A stretch of DNA of 64,000 bases from positions 3,100,001 through 3,164,000 of the forward strand of contig NC_089429.1 in assembly GCF_026210795.1 (NCBI RefSeq), written 5' to 3'. This document shows, in pieces, positions 38,518 through 51,109 of the stretch; position 1 is the first letter of the stretch; the number at the start of each line of letters is the position of its first letter. Under the pieces are notes generated by a model. It saw only the letters and a program-made list of their open reading frames with translations, was not told where the DNA came from and made no database searches. Position numbers and translations under genes: made by a program. This stretch comes from Rhizophagus irregularis. Taxonomy: Eukaryota.

Positions 38518-38899
38518 CGATACAGAAAGAAATTTACAGTGAAAGTTATGCCATTGTAGAAGCAATCTTTAGTCATCAGGGCAATAATGAAAAACTATAT
38601 GCATTCGTAATTGTAAACTGGTTTGAAGAGACATCACAAACAAAACTCGATTGTCCAATATATCGGTTAGGCTGGAAACATTGGCGACATATTTTTCCCA
38701 TTTCCGTAATAGATTTAGTAAATAAGGTTCATTTTGTACATGATTGTATTGGTGACATGTGTAAGGATTCACATGATACAAAAAACAATAATTATATAAA
38801 AAATAAATTTTATTTTACCGCCGTTTAAGAAATTAAATAAAATTTCATTATTTATTTTTTATTTCATTGATTGGTTAAGAATCCATCGATTACTAAGCT

Positions 38900-39670
38900 A
38901 ACACAGTTAAACAAGTAAAATAATTACATCAAAGGAATTCTTTATGCAGAATTGCAGAAACCATTCCTCAGTTATTACAATAATAACATGTTAAACCAGA
39001 TTTTTTCGGTATTAATATTTAATTCTAATATTAATAATAATAAAATCCACAAAAACATCTGCAGTAAATCTAGTACTATGCTAAAAATAAAAGTCCGCCT
39101 GAGAAACTGACCAGTTCACCAAGATAAACCTAATATAATAATAGAAATGAAAAAATGAATATAAGATGCAGAAGGATGCGAAAATTTCAGAAAGAAGAAG
39201 CTTGTGAACCTAAAATATATTCAATTAACAATTTTAGTTTACTTGTGAAAACTTTAAAAAAATCCTGCAATCGTGAGCATGGCTTTGATCGTTCGATCAA
39301 ATAGCTCTTTTTTTTGAAGTACGAAAGCTGCAATCCAACATCCAAAAGCCATATGAAGAACAGATAAAATCCTTTCAAAAATCATATTTGTTTTATAACA
39401 AATGGTCACCTTTTACATCAACAAATACCACCCTACGAAAATTTTGCCTACTGCTCCACGGTTTCTTCATCAAAGAATTATCTGTTATGGTAAAAAAAAA
39501 TACAATCATGATCCCATTAGCATAAATAATGCTGGCACTCAGATAAAATCAAAATTGCTGCCAAAGATGCTTGCTTCAACGACCAATATATAATATGTCG
39601 ACATCAACAAAAAATATGCTGATACCACATTATTCTATCTTTCGGGAGTTGCATCTACAATTATACTTAA
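38900..39670 (-). mobile_element. Highly decayed non-LTR retrotransposon 3' remnant
   Basis: Only scattered peptides (KR*PFVYKTN, *GMVSA) resembling the zf-RVT region, plus LINE-like strand composition. Confidence 0.3.
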
Positions 39671-39998
39671 ACCTACAACTAAGGATGGTGCCGTAATTGG
39701 GCAATTGCGGATTAATTGCGGATCCGCAATATTGCGGATTTGCGGATTTCAGAAGTCCAAATATCCGCAAATCCGCAAACCGCAATTATCCGCAAATCCG
39801 TAAAAAATCCGCAAATTAGCCAATTAAATACTGTATCATGATCATTACTCAATCTATATATTTATATCAAATCATCAAATTTAGTATTATTACTCACTCT
39901 ATTATAATATAATCAATTTATAATGCATCAAAACATCAAAACAATTGTATCTAAATTCTTCTTTTTCTATTTACTTTTTTCAACAATTTATTATTAAA

Positions 39999-42488
39999 AT
40001 GTCAAAAACACCTTCTTCGGCTCTTAATTTAAAGATTCGTGGAAAAAAAGTTGAGCTATTGCCTGAAGACGAAGAATTAATTTCGTTAGCACTGTCAATT
40101 ATTTGAACTAAGTCTAATAAAAAAATTGAATCATGTAATTTTGACCAAGATAAAGTAAGATTATCTTTCAAAAAGAATGAGGGACGCGTTTATTTTGACT
40201 TGCAAGAATCGGCTTTAGATTTTACATTCATCAATAAGGTATTCCATAAGGCCCTTTTTAAATGATTTTGATTTCGCTTATAATTTTTTTTTTCAGTCCA
40301 CCTTTTTCCCTTGAATTTTCGTTTCTGGACAATTTTGTCCACTTTTTTTGTTTCGTTTCTGGACAATTTTGTCCACTTTTTTTTTGTTCTACCTTTTTCT
40401 CGTTTCTGGACAATTTTGTCTACTTTTTTCTGTTCTACCTTTTTCTCGTTTCTGGACAATTTTGTCCATTTTTTTTTGTTCCACTTTTTTCCCTTGAATT
40501 TCCGTTTCTGGACAATTTTGTCCACTTTTCGTTTCTGGACCACTTTTTTCTCTTGGTATCAGAACCATTTCATTTTAGAACAAATGATTTCATTTCTGAA
40601 CAAAATTCATTACTTTTTAGGGTAATTTGGCTGAACTTGAACGCTACAAATCGCTATATGAATTATATAAAGGTAGATACGAAGTAATTCGTTTACAGGT
40701 AAATATGTGAATGAATTTTAATATTTATATCTTAATTTTGTTTATATTTTATTTGTTTATTTATATATATTCTAATAATAGCCAGAAAATACACGTTCAA
40801 CTACATCTGGTACAACTGGTAGCGTGAATGAATCATTAAGAGAATTGTTACAATATTCAACACCCAAACACACGTGCCTAGAATCCTCTCCCAGCTCGTC
40901 ATTATATCTTAAACCCAACGATTCAGAACTTGCCCGTGTGTTAAACAGTGATTTATCCATAAATAATCTTTCTACTTCGACACCGAAACAAAAATTTGGT
41001 CGAATTTGAATATACGCTGTATCGAAAAATTTGGCGGACAAGATCACATAAAAAATGATGTTTCTATTTCTGACATAATGTGGGCCAGTACAACCTTACC
41101 TGCGTACCGCAGCTGGAACACAATGAAGAATTATTATGATGACATTGATAAATGGATCGCAAAAATTAGTAGCTTCTGTAAGTTAAATTTATCAAATTCT
41201 GAAATTGTTCTTGATTATTATATTTTTCTTATAATATTTATATCTAAATTTTCTAGGTACTGCTAATGATGATGAGGATAACAATTTTCAACCTACTGAA
41301 GCTGCAAATTTAAGTTCTACTAGGGATGAATCTGGCAACAGTGAAATTAATGAATTTAACCCACCTTCACAATACAAAGTAGTTCCAGCATCAAGATTGA
41401 GAGCACGAGCATCAACCACAGAAGTTGAAACATCGATGAAACCACCAACAAGATCAATAACATCTAAAGTAAAATTAGCAACACAAGTGCCAACTAGAAA
41501 AGTGATAGTATCTATAGAACCACGGGTACCAACTTCAGAAATGAAGTCATCGGCGGAGGTACCTCCAGAAATGACATTGGCGAAATCAGCGGAATCAAGT
41601 GTGGTAGAATCACAAGTACCTTCAGAAATGGCAGTGGAGGAATCAGCAGAATCAGCAGAATCACAAGCACTAGCTTCAGAAATGGAGGAATCAGAAGAAT
41701 TAGAAGCATCAACATCTGTGTCGTTATCAAAATCCGTTGTACGAAAACGTAATTTCTCAGATGATGATGACGACGACGATGATAAAGCCAAATTATTAAA
41801 TTCTACCCAATTGTTATTATTCAAAAAGGGAAAGAAACTTCACGATATTTTGTTAGCAGATTCATCGTTTAATGGCGAACTCATTGCTTCTGAAGAATTA
41901 AAAGTATCAGATATATCCAATGACTTAAATGAAATGCTGAAAGATGACCCAGTCAAAATCGTTGATGAGAAATCCGCTAAAGATCGAATCGATCAATGGC
42001 GAAGGCAAGAATTACAATGTGAAAATTTTGTTATAGCCGCTGAGTCTTTTAATTTATTACATTTGGTGTCCTTGGTCCAAATTTATGATGATCTATTTGA
42101 ACTTGGAGAAAAATTAAGAACTGACCCTAATAATAATATAAAAACTACAAAATCTTGGGTTATTCAGTTCATGCGGTCTGTGCTTAAAATTGGCGACAAA
42201 ATGGAACAAAGGAATAGGGTAGGATGTGATCGATTACGAAGGTTATTTAATGAAGGAATCACGAGTACGCAACTTGCGAAAGCTGGGTGCCGTAAGTGCG
42301 ATTTTTTCGTTAAACAAGAATATTATGAAGTATTTTTGTCCCAAGTTCCTACATTAGAAACTCGTCGATCAATTTCAAGTTTGTCGAACGAACGTCTTTC
42401 TGAAATCTTGTCTACTGCTAATCCAGATAGTACTGCACAAAAAAAAAGAGAAGAGTTGAATTTATGGGGGAGGAATTCATTAATATAG
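39999..42488 (+). pseudogene. Cargo gene of unknown function inside the hAT (4 exons; S/E-rich linker plus helical C-terminal domain)
   Basis: Exons ~39999-40238, 40621-40698, 40782-41177 and 41258-42488 with GT-AG junctions. One TGA in exon 1 and a frameshift near 41005. The last exon contains the 363-aa ORF. Confidence 0.65.
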
Positions 42489-42958
42489 CGGATAAATAAA
42501 AAAAATAGTGAATACATTGAATATGTTGGTTAGTGGGTAATATCATTATCAACAAAGAAGCATGTATTTTATATTCAGTTGGCATAAGTTATACGCGTTA
42601 GATAGATAATTAAATGTATAGATAATTAAACGTAACATTTACATATTTTCAAATTGCACAGGGAAGCTTCTGTCCAAAGTTTCTAAAGCAAAAAAAAGTA
42701 AAGTTTTCTGATTATAAAGTGGACAATTTTGTCCAAAATAAAAAATAAAGTTTTCTGAATACAAAAGTGGACAATTTTGTCCAAAATAAATAATAAAGTT
42801 TTCTGAATACAAAAGTGGACAATTTTGTCCAAAATAAAAAGGGAGGACAAAATTGTTGATATGCATTATAAAATACTATCAAATTTATTAGATATTAAAT
42901 GTTCACAATAAGTACAAATATGAATATTATATAGGCAAAATAAAAGTCAAAAAAAGAA

Positions 42959-45317
42959 TTAGTTTAATTGTTCCGGATCCCATTCCTCTTCGCCATCACT
43001 ATCATATCTTCGAGTAATAGTTGGAAGTATAGAATTATCAATAAAGACCCATGGTCCTAGATCTACCGTGCTTTCAATATCTAATGTTTCATCATTCATA
43101 TTTGTTTCATCAGATTGATGTTCATTAAAACTATCATCATCATCATTCTCACTCATAATTTCTTCTTCTTCTTCAAATACTGTATTCAGCATGAGTTGAA
43201 TATCATCATCTAACTTTGAATTGCTATCACCGTTACTTGTATAATTTAAGTCTTTTTTAGCATGTTTGAGAGAATAAAGATATATTTTCGCCATTGTCTC
43301 TATAGTTTCTGGTTGCAAATTTATACGTCTCTTACCAAAGAGCCATCCTATGGCTGAAAATAATCTTTCACAACTTGCCGAGTGTGGGGTTATTGAAAAT
43401 ATTACTTTAGCTAGCCGCAAAGAGAAGAAAATTTCCCATCAACTATGGAATTCCACCAATGGTAAGCTGTGTCATGAACTGAATAAGACGTGTTATATGG
43501 TTCAGAATTATCAAAGTATGCACGAAGTTGTGCATCAAGTTCTAATCCAGAATTTTTTTTATGCCCAAGGTTTTTCCAGATTCGAAGGGCACACTTTCTA
43601 AGACGCTCAAATTGATTATTACGCATTCCATGTCCTAACAAATTTGCAAAATTATATTATTAAATGAATTTAAATAACAATAAAAAAAATAATTACCTCG
43701 GTATTTAGGATGAAGGAAGAAACCTAACAAATAGATATCCTCGTCAAACTCTTTATATCTATTAAAAAAATATTTAAAATTAAACATTAATTTTGAATCT
43801 TCTATTAAAGATACTAACTTAATACATTACCGCTTATTAAAAATGCTAATACAAGAGTTTCTTAACTCTTTATAATCATCAGTTGGCATTGACTTAAAAA
43901 ATGCTGCGATACGAAGAAGATGCAGATAACAATCTGCTAAAGTTACATTACTTCCTTCTAACATGAGAATTGCTTTTTTTATCGGCTCCAAAATATCCGA
44001 TAAAATACGAATGTCATCAAAAAACCCTCTTTTTTTCAAAATTGCTTTTACAGCTTCATTAGAGATTTCGCGTTCATGATTGTCCAGGACCTAATTGAAT
44101 AAACATTTTTGTATTAGGTTTAATTATTATTAATTTAAATATAAAGTATACGTACATGTAATAAAGCATCTTTTAATCTGTACACCGAAGATGTACATTC
44201 ATGGACTGTCGTCCATCTTGTTTCGATGTACGTTTTCAGCCCTCCACCTGCAATATTTTTTGCATCAATCGCTTCTTTAAGCCAAGTGCTGGCAAGGGTT
44301 GAATTTTTGAAGTATCTTGTTAAAATATTTGCTCGTTTTACAAGACATTTAACTTGATCTACTTTGACAATATCACTACTTATCAGATTGATGCAATGGG
44401 CGATGCATCGTATATTGATAATGGATGGATATTCATTCGTGATTAATCGACGGGCACCTGCGACATTGGCAGCATTGTCACTGACAATAGCGACAATTTT
44501 GCTTATACCCACTTTACAAATTATATCATTTATAACTTTTGATAAATATTCAGCGGTATGTGAATTTTTAGAAAGGTCTTCAAGTTGTAATAGATATTCC
44601 TTTTCTCGATGGTGTCAGCAAAATAAACGCCCATAAGCTATTCCCTCAAGGGTCTGTCCAACCATCAAGAGCTAATAAAAAATATATGGATAGTTATTTT
44701 TTTAATAAAATATTTTGAAGCAATTATAGAAATTATAGATTTACCGATAATAAAATTAGACTCTTTTTCTAATTCATTGTTGACTCGTGCATTGACTCTG
44801 GATAATTCCGCCTCCAATAAAGTACCATTTAGTACTCGTCGCGAAGGTGGATCGTATCCTGGCTCCAGCGCTTTTATCATGTCGATAAACCAAGGATTAT
44901 CGATTGTGCTAAAGGGTATGTTGCACATCACGTAGGCTTTCGTTATCACCCGGTCTAATTCATCACTCCGTCCTTTTTCTATTTTACCTCCTCCGTAAAA
45001 ATTCTTAATTCCCGTTTGTCGAACCCTTTTGTTAGGATAATCTGATTCATCTTCATCTGCGCTTTTTTCTCTTCTTTAGCAAGATTTTTCCCGACAATTT
45101 TGGCAAAATACAATGAAACATCATCGGGGCATTTTTTACAGTGGTTTGCCAAATGTGCACTGAGGACTTGGGGCCTTCCTTGTCTCCAGTATTGTCGACA
45201 GTAACTACACGTCGCTGAATAGTGTCCTCTCGACTGCATGTTACCTTGTATCATATGATTACACCATACATCTGATGGTGGTCGACCTTTGCTTACCTTA
45301 GAAGGACCGCTTGACAT
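42959..45317 (-). pseudogene. hAT transposase (BED finger, DUF659-type core, dimerization domain), multi-exon, about 3 frameshifts
   Basis: CSYC...HLANHC; NIPF; DGWTD; VSDNAANV; RCIAHCINL; ETRWTT; FFLHPKY; HSASCERLFSAIGW. Confidence 0.93.
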
Positions 45318-45539
45318 GACGTTATAAAGAGTAAAACTTGAAATTAAAAGAGTTTGTCATCAATATCGTTTTAAAGTTTGATTTAGTAGTACAAGATGTT
45401 GATTGATTAAGATCACGCCTAATTGTAAATTGTGAAGTTTAAATTTCAATAATGTGAAAATTTGTAAATTTAACTGGACAAAGAGAAAAATTGAACAAAA
45501 TTGTCCAGAAACAATACGAGGAATAAGGTGACCAGAAAT

Positions 45540-45972
45540 GATACAAGAAAAAAAGTGGACAAAATTGTCCAGAAGCGATGGATGTCCAAAAATGATAGAA
45601 AAAAAGTGGACAAAATTGTCCAGAAGCGATGGATGTCCAAAAATGATAGAAAAAAGTGGACAGAATTGTCCAGAAGCGATGGATGTCCAAAAATGATAGA
45701 AAAAAGTGGACAGAAGCGATGGATGTTCAAAAATGATAGAAAAAAAGTGGACAAAATTGTCAAGAAGCGATGGATGTCCAAAAATGATAGAAAAAAAAGT
45801 GGACAAAATTGTCCAGAAGCGATGGATGTCCAAAAAATGATAGAAAAAAAGTGGACAAAATTGTCCAGAAGCGATGGATGTCCAAAAATGATAGAAAAAA
45901 AGTGGACAAAATTGTCCAGAAGCGATGGATGTCCAAAAATGATAGAAAAAAAGTGGACAAAATTGTCCAGAA
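45540..45972 (+). repeat. ~51-bp tandem repeat (~8.5 copies) with near-palindromic core GGACAAAATTGTCC
   Basis: Unit AAAAAAGTGGACAAAATTGTCCAGAAGCGATGGATGTCCAAAAATGATAG; the same core clusters at 40320-40540 (inverted) and 42715-42855. Confidence 0.95.
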
Positions 45973-47291
45973 ATATTACGAGTAAAAAGTGTATAAAATT
46001 GAATCAAAGAAGTCTTGGTATAGCATGATATCATCATCAGACGAAGTTGATTGTGATGAATAAATAGTATGTTTAATTCAGTATAATAACTTTGACAAAA
46101 AAAAAATTATAAAAATAACACTTCTAATTTTAACAATTTTTAATATGTCGGGATGACGAATTCTTTATTTTGAATTGATGGTTTTTTACTTGATATTATT
46201 TTATTTAACATTGCGGATTTGCGATACAGTATTGATTTACGGATTCATTGCGGATTTGCGATACAGTATTGATTTGCGGATTCATTGCGAACTTGCGGAT
46301 TCATTGCGGATTTGCGATACAGTATTGATTTGCGGATTCATTACAGACTTGCGGATTTATTGCGGATTTGCGGATTTATTGCGGATATGCGGATTCATTG
46401 CGGATATGCGGACTCATATGCGCAATTCAATTCTTAAATCCGCAATACTGCAGATTTGGAAAAGCAATTTCGGCGCCATCCTTACTAGTAGTGTATATTA
46501 AAAAAATCTATCCTGCTATGCACATAGGAAAAAATTTTTATAAAGTAGTCAAAATAGGCAACATATCCAAAAAAATTTTAATACAAAAAACTCAAAATCC
46601 AGTACAGCCATTTTTGTAAAAGATAAAATCTTTCATTTGCAAGAGCCAAAAGCAGATTCCAGCTCAATCAAATAAATTAGGAGGTTCTAAAGTAATAAAA
46701 TATGAAAGTGAGCTAAAAGATTGACATTGTAAATATTTCTAAAAAAATGACAAATATTTTTATTTATTAGAAAAAAGTTAAAAGCCAGAATGCAGAAAGC
46801 GCGTAGTAAAGCTATAGGAATAATAGACAGTTGTAGAAAAGAATATGCAGATTTAGTGAATACATCAACTCAATTATTAGAAAGATCATCACTATAAGCA
46901 AGTACTTTAATTAAAGTAATAGAAAGATTAGAAGAGCACAAAAGATCTCAAATAATGAGTCAAAGAAAATAATTTTATTATTTCAACAGTTTAGGTAAGA
47001 AGGAATTATTAATAAATCAATGCCAAAGGGTAATCAAAGAAATACAATTTGTGGCAATTGAGATAGAAAAGTTAGGTAAAAAAGCTTTAATTGCTGATAA
47101 CAAGACAGATAATTCAGCATGCAAGGCTAAGGGATAAGTTGATGGAGGGCAATTAGAGGATGATTCAAGAATAAGACCATCATTATCAAGGGCCATCCAA
47201 GTAGAAGCCATAGAAAAAGAAATTTCTGCTGAATTATTAATAAAAGATTCATCAATGTATAAAACAAAAGTGGATGTTAGAAGGATCGTAA

Positions 47292-47446
47292 GGGCAGTGA
47301 CATTTATTACGTAATATCCATTTACTATAAGCCCATACTCCTCCACCCCCATGTAATATGAAAAATCTTACGTTACACTTATATGTTATATGACCTTTAA
47401 ATACCCTCCCACCCCCTAAAATATTACGTAATAAATGTTACTACCC
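47292..47446. mobile_element. PIF/Harbinger-type MITE
   Basis: TIRs GGGCAGTGACATTTATTACGTAAT / ATTACGTAATAAATGTTACTACCC; TSD TAA. Confidence 0.88.
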
Positions 47447-47562
47447 TAACCAAGTCAGCATTAATTTTTAAAGGTTAAGAAGTAGTATTCAAAAGAGGTT
47501 TTAAAAGGTTAAAATGAGTTTTAACCAATAAAGTAACATATCCTAGGAAGGAGAACAAAAAA

Positions 47563-49681
47563 TAGAGCTCTGAATTTGACCTGACAGATCAGGTAACCTG
47601 ACGGTTTAACCCAAAAAATTCAGGTCAAGTAGCAGATTTAATGACCTGTTCTTGGGTTGGGTCGGTCGCAATTGGAGTATACGATCTGACCCGAGTTGCC
47701 TGGCAATATTGTGGTCGAAAATAAGATGTTTCAGCATTTTATATATATAAAAAATGCTAAACTGCCCTGAATCTGATGTTTTTTCATTAAAAATAATTAC
47801 AAAAATGTCTTTTTTTATTAAAAATGGCAGGTTTGATTAAAGAAATAAAAAAATGTTTTTTTATTAAAAAATGTCAAACCTGACGTTTTTTATTAAAAAA
47901 AATAAAAAAAATCATTTCTTTAATTAAGAAATGTCAGGTTCAACGTTTTTCATTAAAAGAAACAAAAAAAACAAAAAAATCATTTTTTTAATTAAAAAAT
48001 GTCAAACCTAACATTTTTTATTAAAAATTTCTTTAATTAAAAAATGTCAAACCTGACATTTTTTATTAAAAATTTCTTTAATTAAAAAATGTTGAACCTG
48101 ACGTTTTTTATTAAAAGAAACAAAAAAAATTACAGTCAACTCTCTTTATAGTCACACATTTGGGACAGTCCATATTTGGTGATTATAAAGAGATGTGACT
48201 ATATAAAAAATTTCTTATATTTGTATATCATAATTCCGGCCAAAAATTAACATAATTTTAGCCAGAATTATACTTAAAACTTTATTGTATCGTAACATCG
48301 CCAATATTAATCGTAGAGAGATGATCTTACCGCCATTCGATTCGTCTTGATAAGACGGTTCTAATGGTATAAAATACGTCAAAATCCAATCACTAGATTA
48401 ATTTCCGAAATTAAAAAAATATTAATGGTTTTTGTGTAATAACTCTGTCAATATTGATCCTAGAAAGACGATCTTACTGCCATTAAATTCGTCTTGATGA
48501 GACGAATCTAATGGTATAAGATACATCGAAATCCAATCACTAGATCAATTTCCGAAATTAAAAAATATTAAATGGTTTTTAAGTTATAACTCCGTCAATA
48601 TTGATCACAGAGAGATGAGCTTACCACCATTCGATTCGTCTCGATGAGGCGATTCCAACGAGCTATAAATCGTCTTTTTACAATTACTAGGTACCGAGAA
48701 ATCTAGCAAAATGTTAAATGGCGCAGTAAACGTAAATCAAGAAATATTATAATGCCAATGTTTAACATTTTGTTGAATAACTCGTCAGCCAGTGATCGGA
48801 AAAGGATAAAACTACCACCATTCGATTCGTCTCAGTGAGACGATTCTAACAAGCTATGATACATCTTTGTACGATTATTAGATGCCAAGTTATTTAATAT
48901 ATTCTTTATATAACTGTGATTATAAACAGTTCTTTTTAATATAAGATTTTTGAGGATAGGTGTGATAGTGACTATAGATAGATTGTGACTATATAGGATA
49001 GATTTTAATAATAAAGTGTTTTGAACATTCAACTGGTGTGACTATATAGTAGAATGTGACTATAACGAAAGTGACTATAGAGGGAGTTGACTGTATTTCT
49101 TTAATTAAAAAATGTTGAACCTGACATTTTCTATTAAAAGAAACAAAAAAAATTATTTCTTTAATTAAAAAATGTTGAACCTGACGTTTTTTATTAAAAG
49201 AAACAAAAAAAATATTTCTTTAATTAAAAAATGTTGAACCTGACGTTTTTTATTAAAAGAAACAAAAAAAAATTATTTCTTTAATTAAAAAATGTTGAAC
49301 CTGACATTTTTTATTAAAAGAAAAACAAAAAAAACGTTTCTTTAATTAAAAAATGACAAATCTGACATTTTTTATAAAAGAAAAAAAAAAATGTTTCTTT
49401 AATTAAAAAATGTTGAACCTGACATTTTTTTATTAAAAGAAACAAAAAAAATACATTTTGGCATAATAAAAAGTGCTGAAACGTACTTTTCAATAAAATA
49501 ATTGTAAAAAAAAAATGTTCAGCATTTTTTCTTATAATTTGATATATAAAAAACTCTGAAATGTTTATATTGGGTTAACGGGTCAGGTCAGGTGACCTGT
49601 GATATTTGAATCAGGTTACCAAATTCATGACTTGCCTTAGGTCAGATCAAGTCAATTATCTGACCCTAACTTGAAGCTCTA
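47563..49681. mobile_element. hAT-like non-autonomous element with an internal ~60-bp tandem array
   Basis: Ends TAGAGCT / AGCTCTA; flanks ACAAAAAA / ACAAAGAA; TGACC/GGTCA subterminal motifs; array TTTCTTTAATTAAAAAATGTTGAACCTGACG at 47770-48130 and 49094-49460. Confidence 0.65.
48133..49093. mobile_element. Tc1/mariner (pogo-like) MITE nested in the tandem array
   Basis: TIRs CAGTCAACTCTCTTTATAGTCAC / GTGACTATAGAGGGAGTTGACTG; TA duplicated; splits one array unit; four internal ~150-bp hairpin repeats. Confidence 0.92.
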
Positions 49682-49923
49682 ACAAAGAAATAGGAAGTTC
49701 AGCTGTAAACACTTTAGTATTTTTAGTAGGATAGGCAACTGTATTTATAGAGAGTGAAACTTGAAGAAAACAATGTTTGCTAATACAGCGCTGTCTGATT
49801 TCTGACATAATAGTGTATTCAAAAACATTACAGGAGTATTTAGGACAGGGATTAAAAAATAAGAAATCATTAGGGTGGGATACCAATAAGACATGATGGC
49901 AAAACCTTTCTTTATTTGAGTAG

Positions 49924-50475
49924 GAGGCATGCCAGAAATCAGCTGATTTGAAAGGGGGTGGGGGGAGTCAAGCTTCAGATCAGGTCTATATATATCACGT
50001 GACATTTATATATCTAAATATAAATATAATTAATTTAATTATTTTTATATAATTATTATAATGCGATTATCTTGACTTCTAGTGATCCAATTTTAATAAA
50101 CTTTTTTTTAATTTATAGCTCTCATTTAGCTCTACAAATCTAGCTTTACAAAACAAAAAAAAGTTTGTTCAAATTGAATTACTAAAAGCAAAGACATTTG
50201 TATTTACATAATAATAATTATTATAATGCAATTATCTTGACTTCTAGTGATCCAATTTTAATAAACTTTTTTTTAATTTATAGCTCTCATTTAGTTCTAC
50301 AAATCTAGCTTTATAAAACAAAAAAAAGTTTGTTCAAATTGAATCACTAGAAGCCAAGATAATAATATTTAATAGTAATAATTTTTTTAGCCAATCAGAT
50401 TTCAATCAGGTAGGGATGGGGGTTAACTGTTAAGGCTACTAATTGAGAGAAATCAGCTAATTTCTGGCACGCCCC
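49924..50475. mobile_element. PIF/Harbinger-like MITE with two internal ~170-bp hairpin repeats
   Basis: TIRs GAGGCATGCCAGAAATCAGCTGATTT / AAATCAGCTAATTTCTGGCACGCCCC; 3-bp TSD TAG. Confidence 0.85.
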
Positions 50476-50640
50476 TAGGAGACACATATTCAGCCAACAG
50501 TAAAAGTTTGAGTAATGTGATCATAGGTAAGAGTATACTTCTCAGTAGAATTAAAAAGTCAATGTCAAAATATTACAGCATAATCAAAAACAATTACGTC
50601 AGTACAAATGTTTACTAATAAAACATATAATTATGGTGAA

Positions 50641-50975
50641 GGGATTTTAGTTCATTATATAATTTTTTTCTTTACACGAACACGTATACAAAATACAAAA
50701 AAACGTGACGCGTCTTATGTACCCCTAAAAATTAAAATTACACGACATAAACTATTGTAATTTACTTTTATAATTCATTACTTTTATTTTAAATTTTTAT
50801 GGCATTAAAAATTACGACATTACCAGCCTAATTATAGTATTACGATCTAATTACAGCATTACGACCCAATTACAGCATTACAGTCTAATTACAGTATTAC
50901 GAAAAGTGTTGTAACTGTAATGCTGTATGCTGTAATATTACGGCATCAGCTAATCAATTACGGCTAACATCTTTA
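50641..50975 (-). mobile_element. Solo end of the TAAAGATGTTAGCCG hAT-MITE family; inverted copy of 54840-55178
   Basis: Near-identical reverse complement; ends CGGCTAACATCTTTA. Confidence 0.85.
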
Positions 50976-51109
50976 GTTAGGAATCCTCTCATCAAGATGA
51001 ATCTAATGATATAAATTTTATTAAAATCAAGGATAACGAAATTTTAAAATACCCCTATAATATGCAACTTTTGAAAAATTTTAATATAAACTTTATGCAA
51101 ACTCAAATG

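Larger units (their letters stand above)
34466..38827 (+). pseudogene. CMC/EnSpm-Plavaka-like DDE transposase with C-terminal BAH-like domain, interrupted by two MITEs
   Basis: FLDLYYDDFGTYRNVYHSLG; RKQLKNHFVLGFVPFG; TADLPQGNDL..GCRSC; TPQDVYH; PNLH...KEIVHK. C-terminal LHVGDVVTI...YAIVEAIF...VNWF reads in frame once the insertion is removed. Confidence 0.8.
39680..46484 (-). mobile_element. 6.8-kb hAT transposon with transposase and convergent cargo gene
   Basis: TIRs TAAGGATGGTGCCGTAATT / AATTTCGGCGCCATCCTTA; TGCGGAT subterminal clusters at 39705-39815 and 46210-46450; TSD not recognisable. Confidence 0.9.
46540..49920 (-). mobile_element. Non-LTR retrotransposon remnant (RNase H to pre-zf-RVT) split by nested MITEs
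   Basis: YIDESFIN...SMA..W...ALHAELSVLLSAI...IATNC; IKVLAYSDD..NN.VD; FCIKIFLDMLP. Similar-composition sequence resumes at 47450-47560 and 49682-49920. Confidence 0.7.

Noticed and set aside
45360..46037. Overlapping ORFs up to 225 aa, and CRISPR resemblance
   Set aside because: Artefacts of a 51-bp tandem repeat; no unique spacers.
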